A stretch of 64,000 bases of DNA, from positions 1-64,000 of the forward strand of contig JACVGT010000034.1 of assembly GCA_018992685.1 (NCBI GenBank), read 5' to 3'. This document shows positions 49,877 to 60,748 of the stretch, piece by piece. Within the stretch, counting starts at the first letter, position 1; every line of letters starts with the position of its first letter. The notes under the pieces are model-generated. The model was not told where the DNA came from. It did not search any database and was given only the letters and a program-made list of their open reading frames with translations. The position numbers were made by a program, and so were the translations under genes. Origin of the DNA: Theionarchaea archaeon. Lineage in GTDB: Archaea; Methanobacteriota_B; Thermococci; Methanofastidiosales; SZ-28-30.

Positions 49877-51233
49877 ATTCACCATCATGCTGGGAGTGTA
49901 CTTGCTGTTCATGGTCTTCCTCGGGGCGATGGCATCCAGAACCCTAAAGAACGTGGATGATTTTCTGGTTGCGGGGAGGAATTTGAATCTTCCTCTTACT
50001 GCAGGCTCTCTCATGGCCACCTGGACGGGCGCTGCAGCCGTTACAGGGTATACTGCCTGGATTTATGAGGCTGGATACTCCATGATGTGGATAGCAGTCT
50101 TTACCACTACCTCGCTTTTGCTGATTGCTCTGGTATTGTCAAGGAGACTGCAGAAGCTGGGCTATCTCACGGTGTGTGATATCCTGCGAGATCATTATGA
50201 TAAGAGAACAAAGACCGTTGGGGCAGTCCTCATTTCAGTGTACTGTATCGGTGTAGTTTCAGGAGAATTTCTGGGTGGGGCATATATCTTGAGTGCAGGA
50301 CTGGGATATGATTTTTCTGTTGCTCTCCTTCTAACGGCAGGCATCGTTCTGAGCTACTGCCTCCTTGGAGGGTTATGGGCTGTCGCGCTAACTGACCTGG
50401 TGCAGTTTTGCCTCTTGGCTGCAGGGTTGGCCATAGCTGTTCCATCAGTGCTGAGAATGGCTGGAGGATGGACCGTTCTCCATCATACGGTGGCTGAGAT
50501 TGATCCCGGTCACCTTGATATCTTTGCATATGCCTCCTCTGATGTAATCATTGCCTGGGCTGTCATTATTTTCGCCTCTAACCTCATCGCTCCAGATATC
50601 TACCAGAGAATGTATGCAGCCAGATCTGGCAGGATAGCGCGGATGGCCACAGGCATAACGGGATTGTGGGATGTTTTCCTGACGGTGGCTGCTATAATTC
50701 TGGGGTTGTCAGCGTTTCTCCGATTTCAAGGGGAGCCATTGGGTGATATGGTCCTTCCCCGACTGATCATGGATGTCTTCCCTCGCGGGTTTACCTGGTT
50801 TTTCATGGTGGTGCTGGTTGCTGTCATAATGTCTACAGCAGACTCTCTCCTGGTGGTAGCAGGGGGGACCCTCTATCATGATGTATTAGGGAAGGAAGAA
50901 TCTTCCTCTGTGGCCTCAATCAGGGTGTTGACGCTGGGATCAGGAGTCGTCTCGTTGGGGCTGTGCTTTTACTTTGAGTCTATCATGGACTCCATTCTGT
51001 TTTCTTCTTCTGTATATGCTGCAGGATTATTCATCCCCGTTATCAGTGCTCTTGTATGGAAAAAGGGAACAAAAGACGCAGCATTCTATGGATGTGTGTG
51101 TGGTGGAGGAGTAACCATTGCCTGGAGGATACTCAATCTGTGGCCAGACCCCGTCATCCCCGGTATTGCCGTGTGCCTTTTGGTATTTGTGATACTCTCC
51201 TACTTAAGGCCATATCCAGTATACAGCATGTAA
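49869..51233 (+). CDS. Sodium:solute symporter family protein
   Basis: DFLVAGR, GGLWAVALTDLVQ, QRMYAA, MSTADS. Confidence 0.9.
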   Translation: MNEFTIMLGVYLLFMVFLGAMASRTLKNVDDFLVAGRNLNLPLTAGSLMATWTGAAAVTGYTAWIYEAGYSMMWIAVFTTTSLLLIALVLSRRLQKLGYLTVCDILRDHYDKRTKTVGAVLISVYCIGVVSGEFLGGAYILSAGLGYDFSVALLLTAGIVLSYCLLGGLWAVALTDLVQFCLLAAGLAIAVPSVLRMAGGWTVLHHTVAEIDPGHLDIFAYASSDVIIAWAVIIFASNLIAPDIYQRMYAARSGRIARMATGITGLWDVFLTVAAIILGLSAFLRFQGEPLGDMVLPRLIMDVFPRGFTWFFMVVLVAVIMSTADSLLVVAGGTLYHDVLGKEESSSVASIRVLTLGSGVVSLGLCFYFESIMDSILFSSSVYAAGLFIPVISALVWKKGTKDAAFYGCVCGGGVTIAWRILNLWPDPVIPGIAVCLLVFVILSYLRPYPVYSM

Positions 51234-51268
51234 GAAAGAATATAAGGCCTCACGAGAAATCATAGGGA

Positions 51269-51883
51269 ATGGCCAATACAACGTTGAGAATATTCGGTAT
51301 TTGTGGGAGTCCACGCATTGCATCTACTGATTCTGCAGTTCGGAAGGCGTTGGGGTATGCTGAGATGACACATTCAGCTGAAATCAGGTATTTTTCATGT
51401 CACAAGAAAGAACTCAATTTCTGCATCCACTGTGACTACTGTGTGAAGAAGAGGGAGGGCTGCTGTTTCAAAGACGATATGGAGGAAGTTTATGCGTCAC
51501 TGGAGTGGGCAGATGCTCTCATTGTGGGTACCCCTGTGTACCAGGGGACAGTCTCCGGCCAGATGAAGGTGTTGATGGATCGGTGCAGGGCACTGCTGGC
51601 CAGGAATCCTCATGTTCTTTCCCGAAAAGTGGGGGCTGCACTTGCAGTGGGCGGTGATCGCACGGGAGGGCAGGAAGTGGCTCTCCAGACCATTCTCGAG
51701 TTCTATGTTATTAATGAAATTCTTCCAGTAGGTGGAGGTTCCTTTGGGGCAAACCTGGGGAGTACCTTTTGGTCCAGGGACCTGGGTGCCGCTGGTGTTG
51801 AACAGGATGAGGAGGGTATAAGAACATTGCAGAAGACAGTGGATAGACTCGTACAGGTTGCTCGCGTCATCAGGAGAGTGTAA
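51269..51883 (+). CDS. Flavodoxin-family iron-sulfur flavoprotein
   Basis: GSPR, CIHCDYC...C...DDM, GTPVY, GGQE. Confidence 0.9.
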   Translation: MANTTLRIFGICGSPRIASTDSAVRKALGYAEMTHSAEIRYFSCHKKELNFCIHCDYCVKKREGCCFKDDMEEVYASLEWADALIVGTPVYQGTVSGQMKVLMDRCRALLARNPHVLSRKVGAALAVGGDRTGGQEVALQTILEFYVINEILPVGGGSFGANLGSTFWSRDLGAAGVEQDEEGIRTLQKTVDRLVQVARVIRRV

Positions 51884-51884
51884 C

Positions 51885-52433
51885 ATGGAAAAACTTGCAT
51901 GGGGTATTACAGGGTCTGGAGATTACATGAGAGAGTCTCTGGACATGATGAAAGATATCCGCGAAACATGTGATGTACGAATTGATGTATTTCTCTCACG
52001 GGAAGGAGAACTTGTCCTGAACTACTATAAGTACATGCAGGAGGTCAGAAGGTCCTTTGAAAACGTTCACATGGAAAAAGGGCCCAATATTCCGTTTTTA
52101 TCAGGAAAACTTCAGATGGGAAAATATCGACTCTTCATGATTTGCCCCGCCACTGCCAATACGGTGGCCAAGCTGGCTCACGGGATTGCAGATTCCCTAA
52201 TCACGAATTCGGCTGCTCAGGCCATGAAAGTTTCTTGCCCCGTGTACATTTATCCAGTAGATCAGACCCTGGGAGACATAGTGACCACGTTGCCTGATGG
52301 CAGTGAGATGACCCTCCACGTGAGAGAGGTTGATGTGAAGAATGTGGAAATCTTGGAGAAAATGGAGGGGATAACTGTGGTGAAACACGTGGAAGACATT
52401 GAAGAAATCATCAGGGCATGGTGCAGCAGGTAA
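51885..52433 (+). CDS. afpA: Archaeoflavoprotein AfpA-like
   Basis: AWGITGSG, PATANTVAKLAHGIADSL, YPVD. Confidence 0.8.
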   Translation: MEKLAWGITGSGDYMRESLDMMKDIRETCDVRIDVFLSREGELVLNYYKYMQEVRRSFENVHMEKGPNIPFLSGKLQMGKYRLFMICPATANTVAKLAHGIADSLITNSAAQAMKVSCPVYIYPVDQTLGDIVTTLPDGSEMTLHVREVDVKNVEILEKMEGITVVKHVEDIEEIIRAWCSR

Positions 52434-52515
52434 CCCAGGAAGGATGGATGGCCTCCGTGAATGTGTACCTTTCCTTCCCATAAACTATAAATGCAGTCAT
52501 TCCCAATGAAAATCA

Positions 52516-53505
52516 ATGAAAGAAGCTCGCTTCTATGAACCCCTTCCAAGTGACGTCATTCAATGTCATCTGTGTCCTCACGAGTGTGTCATCAAACACG
52601 GGAAGCGAGGAATGTGCGGAATTCGCGAGAATCAAAAGGGAATTCTTTATTCAACCAGTTATGAGCAGGTAACTTCCCGGGGGGTAGACCCTGTGGAGAA
52701 GAAGCCCCTGTATCACTTCCACCCGGGCAGTGAGACGTATTCTGTAGGTACACTGGGATGCAATTTATCATGTTCTTTCTGCCAGAACTGGGAGATTTCT
52801 CAGGAACGTGTTCCTACTTACAGGATGACCTCGCGACAGATTGTTGAAGCAGCGGAAACCCGGAGGTGTATCAGTATTGCCTATACCTATAATGAACCCT
52901 CAATCTGGTATGAATTTGTCTCTGATACAGCAGCTCTGGCCAGAGAGCACGGAATAAACAATATTCTGGTAACGAATGGATACCTTAATGAAGAACCCTT
53001 GAAGGAGCTGCTACCTTTCATTGATGCCCTAAATATTGATGTAAAAGCCTTCACTGATTCATTTTACAAAGAACTGTGCCACGGAAAGCTGGACCCTGTC
53101 CTTAAAACCGCAGAGATGGCCAGGCAGCATGCATGGGTGGAAATTACTACCCTCATAATCCCTGGAAAAAATGACAGCGATGAGGAAATCAAGGCCCTGG
53201 TCAACTGGATAGCGTCTTCTCTGGGAGAAGACACTCCTCTCCACTTCTCCCGGTACTATCCCAGTTATCACCTCAACATTCCTCCAACAGAGGTGAAAAC
53301 GTTAGAGAGAGCCCGTTCACTTGCGCTTGAGAAGCTGCGCTACTGCTACATCGGCAACGTGTGGGGCCATGAGGGTGACAACACGTATTGTTACCGGTGC
53401 GGGAATACCCTCATTGCCAGACACGGGTTCTCTGCATCAATGGTGGGAATTACGGAAGATGCTCTCTGCAGCAACTGTGGAACCCAGATTGACATTATAT
53501 TGTGA
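52516..53505 (+). CDS. amrS: AmmeMemoRadiSam system radical SAM enzyme
   Basis: CHLCPHEC, DPVEKKPLYHF, GCNLSCSFCQNWEISQ, TYNEP. Confidence 0.9.
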   Translation: MKEARFYEPLPSDVIQCHLCPHECVIKHGKRGMCGIRENQKGILYSTSYEQVTSRGVDPVEKKPLYHFHPGSETYSVGTLGCNLSCSFCQNWEISQERVPTYRMTSRQIVEAAETRRCISIAYTYNEPSIWYEFVSDTAALAREHGINNILVTNGYLNEEPLKELLPFIDALNIDVKAFTDSFYKELCHGKLDPVLKTAEMARQHAWVEITTLIIPGKNDSDEEIKALVNWIASSLGEDTPLHFSRYYPSYHLNIPPTEVKTLERARSLALEKLRYCYIGNVWGHEGDNTYCYRCGNTLIARHGFSASMVGITEDALCSNCGTQIDIIL

Positions 53506-53509
53506 TACC

Positions 53510-54148
53510 ATGGACCGAAAGACTGTTACAGCAATGCTGAAGAAATACGGGTACATAACCTCCCCCGAGGTGGAGAAAGCCTTTCTGACAGTGCCACGGG
53601 AGTTGTTTGTCCTCCCTGGATACAGGGATCGTGCGTATGCTGACACCCCTTTGCCCATCTTATTCGGGCAAACGATATCAGCCCCCTCCATGATTGCCAT
53701 CATGCTGGAAGTTTCTCAGCTGAGTCAGGGGCTTTCTGTTCTGGAAATTGGATGCGGCTCCGGGTACAATGTGGCATTGATTGCTGAAATCGTGGGGGAA
53801 GACAACGTCTTATCAATAGAACGAATTCCAGAGCTGGCTGACTGGGGAAAAGAAAATCTGAAATCTGCAGGATACCATGTTACAGTAATAACAGGTGACG
53901 GGACTCTGGGGTATCCTGAAAAGGCCCCTTATCACAGGATCATCTCGACTGCTGCAGCCCCCAGGATTCCCTCACCCTGGGTGGACCAGCTTGAGCCGGG
54001 TGGCCTGATTGTGTGTCCTGTGGGTTCAAGGCACTGGTACCAGGAACTGGAAGTGGCCCAGAAGACTGATAAGAACGATCTGGTTGTCACGCATCATGGT
54101 GGGTGCGCCTTTGTCCCTCTCATTGGAGAGGAAGGGTTCAGGCAGTGA
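53510..54148 (+). CDS. pcm: Protein-L-isoaspartate O-methyltransferase
   Basis: GQTISAP, LEIGCGSGY, GDGTLG, FVPLIG. Confidence 0.95.
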   Translation: MDRKTVTAMLKKYGYITSPEVEKAFLTVPRELFVLPGYRDRAYADTPLPILFGQTISAPSMIAIMLEVSQLSQGLSVLEIGCGSGYNVALIAEIVGEDNVLSIERIPELADWGKENLKSAGYHVTVITGDGTLGYPEKAPYHRIISTAAAPRIPSPWVDQLEPGGLIVCPVGSRHWYQELEVAQKTDKNDLVVTHHGGCAFVPLIGEEGFRQ

Positions 54149-55457
54149 TCCTCAATGAGTCCACAAGGGCATACCCTGTGTCTACATAGGTGGGATAGAC
54201 AAAGGACCTGTGAAGCTCTCTTTCTGTGCTGACAAAGCTCACTCTTGGAAGTAAATCTTCAAATGCCAGTCCAGAGATCATGCATCCTTTAACAGGAGTC
54301 ATTATCTCCCCTTTCTTGATGATAAACCCTGAAGTCACCCCGATGGAAAACAGGCCGGACTGTGACTTAGAGGCGTGAGAATTTGTCTCCTCAACTACCA
54401 GGATGCCATCCCGTATTTCGCTGATGAGCTCCTCAACTGGTGCCGCATCCCCGGTGACACACAAAGATGTGGTGCAGGGCTTGGGAGGGTCTCTGAGATT
54501 CCGGCCACGATACCGATTGTATCTGATGCCCCCTGCTGTTGTCTCCCCATAGTAGGTGTCATAAATAAAGGATTTTACAGACGCATCAGCGATGAGGTCC
54601 ACTGGTCGGGAAGGTATTCCCTCATCATCAAACTGACGTCCCTGGGGGCCTTCCACCAGAGGGTTCTCCCTGACGGTGAGGTGTTCTGCTGCAACTGTCT
54701 GTCCTATCTTCAGGGAAGAACGTCCTTCTTCCATGTTGTGTCCCAGAAAGGACGGAACCGCTGCACACACCAGAAGGTTGGCGAACACCCTGGGGGCAAG
54801 CAGTACTTTCTTCTCTCCCGATTCTGGTTTCACTTTTCCCAGCTGTCTCACTGCCTGCTGTTCAGCATGTTTTCCTATGTCACAGAAATCGAAATCATAT
54901 CCCAATGAGTATCCGTGAGCATAACCCATTCCAGAATCACCATCTTCAGCTCTGCACATGACTCTGAGGGCAGCCAGTGAATCAATGCCTTTTTTCGAAA
55001 TCCCTGATGTGTTGGCAATTTCCGTCTGAGAGTGTCCAAGCTGGCAATATACGTTGGAGGCAACAATCCGCGGATCCTCGATAGCCTCGCAGATAACCTT
55101 CATGTCCTGCATGACCTGATCGATGGATGCGTTGGCAACAGACTCTCTATACAGGTTCAGTGAGGGACCAGGTCTTTCAGGAGCAAACGATTTCCACTTC
55201 TCATTCTTCTCCCGTTTTCTGGCAAGGGCAACTGCTTCTTCCACAGCTTCTTTCCAAGACTGGGTGAAGTAAGAGAACCCCACCCTGTGGTCAACAACGA
55301 CTCGTAGGGCGTACTCAGTGATTCTAGCCTGGAATACCTGTCGTGGCTCACCCAATTCAAACTTGGCATAGGCGTAATCAGATTCTTCGCAGACAACTTC
55401 TGCTTCATCAGCCCCTTGCTTCTCTGCATAGCCCAGTATCCTATCGACCTCGCCCAC
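54138..55457 (-). CDS. pmbA: PmbA/TldE-family protein
   Basis: FDDEG, SGLFS; paired with tldD. Confidence 0.85.
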   Translation of the reverse strand: MGEVDRILGYAEKQGADEAEVVCEESDYAYAKFELGEPRQVFQARITEYALRVVVDHRVGFSYFTQSWKEAVEEAVALARKREKNEKWKSFAPERPGPSLNLYRESVANASIDQVMQDMKVICEAIEDPRIVASNVYCQLGHSQTEIANTSGISKKGIDSLAALRVMCRAEDGDSGMGYAHGYSLGYDFDFCDIGKHAEQQAVRQLGKVKPESGEKKVLLAPRVFANLLVCAAVPSFLGHNMEEGRSSLKIGQTVAAEHLTVRENPLVEGPQGRQFDDEGIPSRPVDLIADASVKSFIYDTYYGETTAGGIRYNRYRGRNLRDPPKPCTTSLCVTGDAAPVEELISEIRDGILVVEETNSHASKSQSGLFSIGVTSGFIIKKGEIMTPVKGCMISGLAFEDLLPRVSFVSTERELHRSFVYPTYVDTGYALVDSLRITA

Positions 55458-56796
55458 CTATCATCACCTCCCGCAGTCTGATCTTGGGTACCAGTCTCCC
55501 CTGGTAGTCCATCTGACCTTTGCCACATCCTCCAGACGCCACGTCCACCTCTTTTCCCACGGCGTCCACCTTTTTCATGGTCTCGAGGACATTTCCTGAA
55601 AGGGAGCATCCCCGTAAGTACTTTCCCAGTTCACCATTGGAAATCTCTCGCGTGTACTGTGTGCCAAAAGAAAAGGTGCCCTCTCCCACATTTACCTGCC
55701 CACCTGCAGAATCTCCCAGAAAGAGACCTCCTCTCACATCCAGGAGTTCAGGCAGAGCATACTCTCCAGGATCAAGAATGGTATTCCCCTGCCGCACGAT
55801 AGGAGTCCTGGAGAAGTATTCTGCTTTGCAGTGTCCCGTCAAAGCTGCATTGAGAAGAGCAGCAGTTTCTCTGGAATGCAGGTAGGAGGTGAGCACCCCC
55901 TCATTGATCACTGTGGTAGGACGGGCAGCAACCCCCTCATGGTCATACGGGCTGAATCCCATCAATTCCCGCGTGGGATCATCTCTCATAGTAATGCAGT
56001 CTGCAGCCACCTTCTCCCCAATTCTTCCTGCCAGTATGGACTCATTGGAAACGACGAGGTCGGCCTCCACTGCGTGACCGAATGCTTCATGCAGTAAGGT
56101 GCCGGTCAGCGTGTTGCTCAGGACACAATCCATGACTGATGACGGGGAGTGTTCTGCCTCTACCAGGACGTCTGCCTCCCGCGCAAGCTTCGCCGTGGTC
56201 TCCATGATATTCTCCTCGTTGGTCAGGAGGTACTCCATTCCTCCCACACCTCCCCAGGTCTGTGCTCGGGACTCAATGCTGGTTCCTTCCTTGCAGGTAA
56301 TACTCGCTCGGAGGTAGATGCGATCAACTCTGGTGGTAACGCTTCTTTCTTCTGATGTGGTAATATGTATGAAACGCTCAAGAGCAATCAGGCTGATGCT
56401 GAGAGAGGAAATCCTTTTGCTCTGTTCATGTGCCCTTTCCTCCATGGAAGAAAGATATTCCGTAACATTTTCATCGACAACTCTCTTTTCAGCCTTTTTC
56501 TCAACAGTGACCGTCTCAGCATCCGTCTCTCTGACACAGACCTCATTCTTTCTGGTTTGAGCCCTGGCTGATTTCATTACCCTGTCCAGAAGAGAAGGAA
56601 GATCAGATTCGGAGGTCACCATGCCAGTCCCCCAGGATCCATTGACCAGGCATCTCAAACAGAACCCTTCATTTATTTGTACTTCACTGCTGTTGGTCTT
56701 TCGGTTTTCCCGCACCACCGTATAGACTCTTTTATTGTCATGACGAAGATCAGCGTAGGTTGCACTGCGTTCTGACGCTTGATCAATAACGTTCAT
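55441..56796 (-). CDS. tldD: TldD-family metalloprotease
   Basis: HEAFGHAVEAD, YDHEG, GCGKGQ. Confidence 0.9.
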   Translation of the reverse strand: MNVIDQASERSATYADLRHDNKRVYTVVRENRKTNSSEVQINEGFCLRCLVNGSWGTGMVTSESDLPSLLDRVMKSARAQTRKNEVCVRETDAETVTVEKKAEKRVVDENVTEYLSSMEERAHEQSKRISSLSISLIALERFIHITTSEERSVTTRVDRIYLRASITCKEGTSIESRAQTWGGVGGMEYLLTNEENIMETTAKLAREADVLVEAEHSPSSVMDCVLSNTLTGTLLHEAFGHAVEADLVVSNESILAGRIGEKVAADCITMRDDPTRELMGFSPYDHEGVAARPTTVINEGVLTSYLHSRETAALLNAALTGHCKAEYFSRTPIVRQGNTILDPGEYALPELLDVRGGLFLGDSAGGQVNVGEGTFSFGTQYTREISNGELGKYLRGCSLSGNVLETMKKVDAVGKEVDVASGGCGKGQMDYQGRLVPKIRLREVMIGGRGR

Positions 56797-57019
56797 TGCT
56801 GCTACTTTCCTCGCAGCATTAAAAGGGTTTGCTCATCCTGTGGACAATTCTTCTGCAGACTGATTCTCAGGAACTCCAACCATTCTGAAAATCAGAAGAA
56901 AGCTCACCCGGGCAGGAAAACAGTTACTTCAAGAGGGTATTGGGAAGTGCGATCTAACTCCCCGAGGCTTGAGCGAAGGGTTTGGTGAATGGCAACCAGA
57001 TCGATCCGGTACGCAATAT

Positions 57020-57799
57020 TTATCGTCCTGGCACTTTCAATTGCCCTACGACCGGGATTTCACCTTCCATCCCATGGTGGGAGGTACCCACCCCCGCTTT
57101 TTCCGCCAGCACCAGGTGTGAGATCGTCTCCGGGTTTATGCCCACTGCTCTGCAGGCACAAGAATCAACAGCAACCGGGTCAGTCCCTGCCAGAAGAAGG
57201 TCCAGTTCAACCATGGTACCTTCAAGGGGTCCCTGTCCCTCCATGGCGTAGAACCCATCCAGCAGGTAGTAATGACAGGGGAAAACGACGTTTGCATCTA
57301 CTATTATCTTATCAAGGAATTTGTGGAAAATCCTCTTGTCGGGAAAAGGTATCAACCCGTACTGGTTCTTCACAGCTCCTGTGTATATGGTGAGAATATG
57401 GGTCTTCAGCTTGGCAAACGAGATGAGTACGCTCTCTTTGAGAACGTCGGGATACGGGAACGACTTGAAAAAGGTGGTATGTCCGGGATATATGGTTGTA
57501 CACGGGGTCTCTGATGTATTGATAAGTTCTGCGTCCAGAGAGCTGTACCCAAACGCATCGTACGTGTCCCAGATACGCCTTAAATCCGTGTCTGATTCTA
57601 CAATCATGATCTTTCTGGGGGAAAACTCAGCAACATATTCAACCAACCAGCTCACGAACTGGAAATCCGTGCAGGCTTCTTGACCATGGATACTCAGATT
57701 GGGCTTTATGGCTACCGTAGATCCCTTTTCAATATACAGATCGGCAACAGCCCTGGTAAAAGCCTTTCTCTTGTCTTTTTCCTGGACGAATACAACCAC
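57020..57799 (-). CDS. DUF362 domain protein
   Basis: IKPNL, KLKTH, TGAVKN, EGQGP, DPVAVD. Confidence 0.9.
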   Translation of the reverse strand: MVVFVQEKDKRKAFTRAVADLYIEKGSTVAIKPNLSIHGQEACTDFQFVSWLVEYVAEFSPRKIMIVESDTDLRRIWDTYDAFGYSSLDAELINTSETPCTTIYPGHTTFFKSFPYPDVLKESVLISFAKLKTHILTIYTGAVKNQYGLIPFPDKRIFHKFLDKIIVDANVVFPCHYYLLDGFYAMEGQGPLEGTMVELDLLLAGTDPVAVDSCACRAVGINPETISHLVLAEKAGVGTSHHGMEGEIPVVGQLKVPGR

Positions 57800-57935
57800 A
57801 AGTCGTACTCTGATCGTGACATTAAAAGGTTGAGCCTAGAACCCACAGCCTGAAGATGAGCTGAACTAACACAGGCAGTGAGATCATGACGGTGGGCTGA
57901 GAAAACCTTTTAAAACTCCACTTGTGGGACGAATT

Positions 57936-58382
57936 ATGGAAAATAAAGAGCACATTCTGGGGACTGCTTTAGAGCTGGAAGATAAGGGGTTTAGATTCTA
58001 TTCTGAAGCAGCAAGAAAGACAGAAAATGAGACTGGTAGAAAAATGTTTGCTCAATTGGCCAAAGAAGAACAGGAACATATTGAAAGTCTCCGTGAAAAG
58101 TTCTCCACATTGTATCCAGAGAGAGCACACAAGGATATACCTGTATTTGAAACAGAAGTCTCCAAGTATTCGGGTGAGGTGGAAGCACTCAAGATAGGAA
58201 GAGACATGGAGAAGGAATCCATCGCGTTCTACTCTGAATGGGCGAAGGGGGATTTGCAGCCACTGTTTGCTTCATTGATTGAGTTCGAGAAGAAACATCT
58301 CGAAGTGCTGGAAGCAGAGCTGGACTATGTGCTGAGAACTGGATACTGGTTTGATTATTTTGAGTCTTCACTGGAGGATTAG
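57936..58382 (+). CDS. Rubrerythrin/ferritin-like protein
   Basis: E..G..FY, EEQEH, EKESIAFY, EKKH. Confidence 0.9.
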   Translation: MENKEHILGTALELEDKGFRFYSEAARKTENETGRKMFAQLAKEEQEHIESLREKFSTLYPERAHKDIPVFETEVSKYSGEVEALKIGRDMEKESIAFYSEWAKGDLQPLFASLIEFEKKHLEVLEAELDYVLRTGYWFDYFESSLED

Positions 58383-58409
58383 AGCCAGGTCCTGGAAGAG
58401 TGATGGAGA

Positions 58410-59489
58410 ATGAGTTCTGTCCTTATCTTCGATTCTGAATATCCTGTTTCGAGGGCTGCAATAAGCTTGATTTTCTCTCATTTCACTCCTCCTACAGTCA
58501 GAACACTCGTAAAGCCAAACCTACTGGGAGGATTCGAATGTGACCGACATGTTACCACACATCCATCGCTTATTCAGGCCTTGGTGGAGTACCTTGAACA
58601 GGCCGGAATACCTCTCACTGTGGGGGATAATCCTGCTGGCAAGAAGAACCTTATGGAAAGGGCGAAAAGAGCAGGTATCTACCAGGCCAGCAAAGGCTAC
58701 TTCGAGGATATTTCAGATGGTACAAAAGTCACAACGAGATCAAATTACTTTTCAGAGCTAGTAGTCTCAAGGAAGGTCATGGAATCTCCCTATATTGTGA
58801 ACGTTCCGAAATTTAAGACTCACATGCAGACTATTATTACCGGGGCAGTCAAGAACATGTTTGGCATACTGCCTGGAGAAGAAAAGTCCATGGTGCATTG
58901 TGCTGCTCGCTCTCTGGATCAGTTTTCCCGGGCACTGGTAGATGTGTATGCAATTCGTCCTCCCCACCTGAATGTTATGGATGCAATCATGGTCATGGAG
59001 GGAAACGGGCCTTCATCTGGAACTCCCCGGCACCTTGGAAAGATACTGGCTTCAGACAATGGAGTAGAACTGGACGCCGTCATGGCATATATGATGGGCC
59101 TTGACCCTCACGAAGTCCCCATGCTTGAATATGCACACCGCCAGGGACTGGGCGCCATTGACATTGATGAGATTGACATTATAGGAGACATCAAGAAAAT
59201 ACCCCATTTCAGGGTTCCCTCCAGGACGCTGGTCACGGTTATTACCCCGGTGAGCTCACGGTACTATGACTTCATGGCAGTAAAGCCCACACTGAACAGG
59301 AACAAATGTACACGATGTTATGAGTGTGTTGAGAAGTGTCCCGTTTCAGCCCTCCAGCGTAACCACTATCCCCGTCTCAACAGAGAGAAATGCGTGTCCT
59401 GCTTTTGCTGTGTAGAAATCTGTGAGAATCAGGCCATGGAAGTCCCCTCGCGGGCCAGAGATCTATTTAACAGACTTCTTAAAATGTAG
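58410..59489 (+). CDS. DUF362 protein with a C-terminal 2x[4Fe-4S] domain
   Basis: KPNL, TTHP, KTH, EGNGP; CTRCYECVEKCP, CVSCFCCVEIC. Confidence 0.9.
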   Translation: MSSVLIFDSEYPVSRAAISLIFSHFTPPTVRTLVKPNLLGGFECDRHVTTHPSLIQALVEYLEQAGIPLTVGDNPAGKKNLMERAKRAGIYQASKGYFEDISDGTKVTTRSNYFSELVVSRKVMESPYIVNVPKFKTHMQTIITGAVKNMFGILPGEEKSMVHCAARSLDQFSRALVDVYAIRPPHLNVMDAIMVMEGNGPSSGTPRHLGKILASDNGVELDAVMAYMMGLDPHEVPMLEYAHRQGLGAIDIDEIDIIGDIKKIPHFRVPSRTLVTVITPVSSRYYDFMAVKPTLNRNKCTRCYECVEKCPVSALQRNHYPRLNREKCVSCFCCVEICENQAMEVPSRARDLFNRLLKM

Positions 59490-59903
59490 AGTACATTCTT
59501 TTTCGCCCTGGCACATATGGGTTTCAAAGGTGACTGTGTAGGGAGCCTTGTATTCTTTCGCCCATTCGTTGTACAGCATAGGACAGATTGTCGCACCAAC
59601 TCTTCCAGCAGTGTTTTCTCTTCCCGAGCTTTTCATGATTTCCCACCAGGGGCACTGTTCAATGATTACACCATATTTTTCAAGACGGTACGTATATTCC
59701 TCAGAATCCCATTTCAGTCTCAGGCTTTCAAAGAAATCTTTTCCTAATTTCATGGCAGTCCTGGCCTGGATCTTGGCCACAATCTTCCACACTCTCTTAT
59801 CCAGTTCCAGAGCGTATTCAAACGAACTCTCCTCTTCCACCATGATAAACCACAGACCATCTACTGCAAAATAGGATTTCTTGAAATACTCGAGACTGTC
59901 CAT
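59463..59903 (-). CDS. DUF6125-like protein
   Basis: AVDGLWF, CPWW, C-terminal Cys motifs. Confidence 0.7.
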   Translation of the reverse strand: MDSLEYFKKSYFAVDGLWFIMVEEESSFEYALELDKRVWKIVAKIQARTAMKLGKDFFESLRLKWDSEEYTYRLEKYGVIIEQCPWWEIMKSSGRENTAGRVGATICPMLYNEWAKEYKAPYTVTFETHMCQGEKECTLHFKKSVK

Positions 59904-60310
59904 GGATTGGGTTGGCGTTTGCTCTTTTAATTGTTTGGGTTGGTCCCACAATAGGATAACCTGGAGAGCACATTGCTCGGCACCTTGAATCCTGAATCCC
60001 CTGTTCCTGAGGGTGACTTCTTCAAGAGCTCCCCCACCAGATATGCTGTCACGTGGACCTTGAATCTTCGTGTCGGTGTACACATATACGCACCTGTGTT
60101 CCACAGCCCTTTGACCGTCCTGATTGTCTACCTAAATCATCTGGTTGATCACCTGGTTGCCAGGCCGTACCCTCACGACAAGTACATTCTTATATGTCGA
60201 CTTGACAGTCATACAAGAGTCACTGAACGTTGACTTTTCGTCCTGGAGGACAAAAAAGATTGTAGAAGTGAAAGAACCGGTTCGGGACAGGCACAGGAGG
60301 AGGAATAACC

Positions 60311-60748
60311 ATGAGATTTGAAAGGATGTTGGACCAAGACCAAGAGCCCACCCGCGAAGACATGCTCAGAGCCGTTGGAGAAAACGCAGGGCTGTGGCAA
60401 GATCTTCTGGAATACCTTGAAACACACTATGATCATGTCTCCGACCTGGATTTCGGAGGAAAAAAGTACGGTTGGGCTATGCGATATCGTAAGAGTGGCA
60501 AAACACTCGTCACGCTTTTTCCTGAGAAAGGAGCATTCACGGCCCTTGTTGTACTGGGCCGAAAGGAAGTAGAAAAGGCACAGGCCCTTCTGGACGATTT
60601 GAGTCCGGATGTGCGTGCGTTGTTAGAAAATACGCAGCAGCTTCATGACGGCCGCTGGCTCTGGATCAGACCTGGTTGTCAGGCGGACATTGAGTCCATA
60701 AAGGCCCTTCTGAGTACAAAACGTAAGCCAAGACCAAAAAACCCTTGA
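60311..60748 (+). CDS. DUF3788 family protein
   Basis: GKKYGW..RYRKSGKTL, HDGRWL; GGAGG RBS. Confidence 0.85.
   Translation: MRFERMLDQDQEPTREDMLRAVGENAGLWQDLLEYLETHYDHVSDLDFGGKKYGWAMRYRKSGKTLVTLFPEKGAFTALVVLGRKEVEKAQALLDDLSPDVRALLENTQQLHDGRWLWIRPGCQADIESIKALLSTKRKPRPKNP

Noticed and set aside
59904-60190. N-terminal extension of ORF 59463..60104
   Set aside because: No family resemblance; the ATG at 59903 after a TATA-like element is the more plausible start
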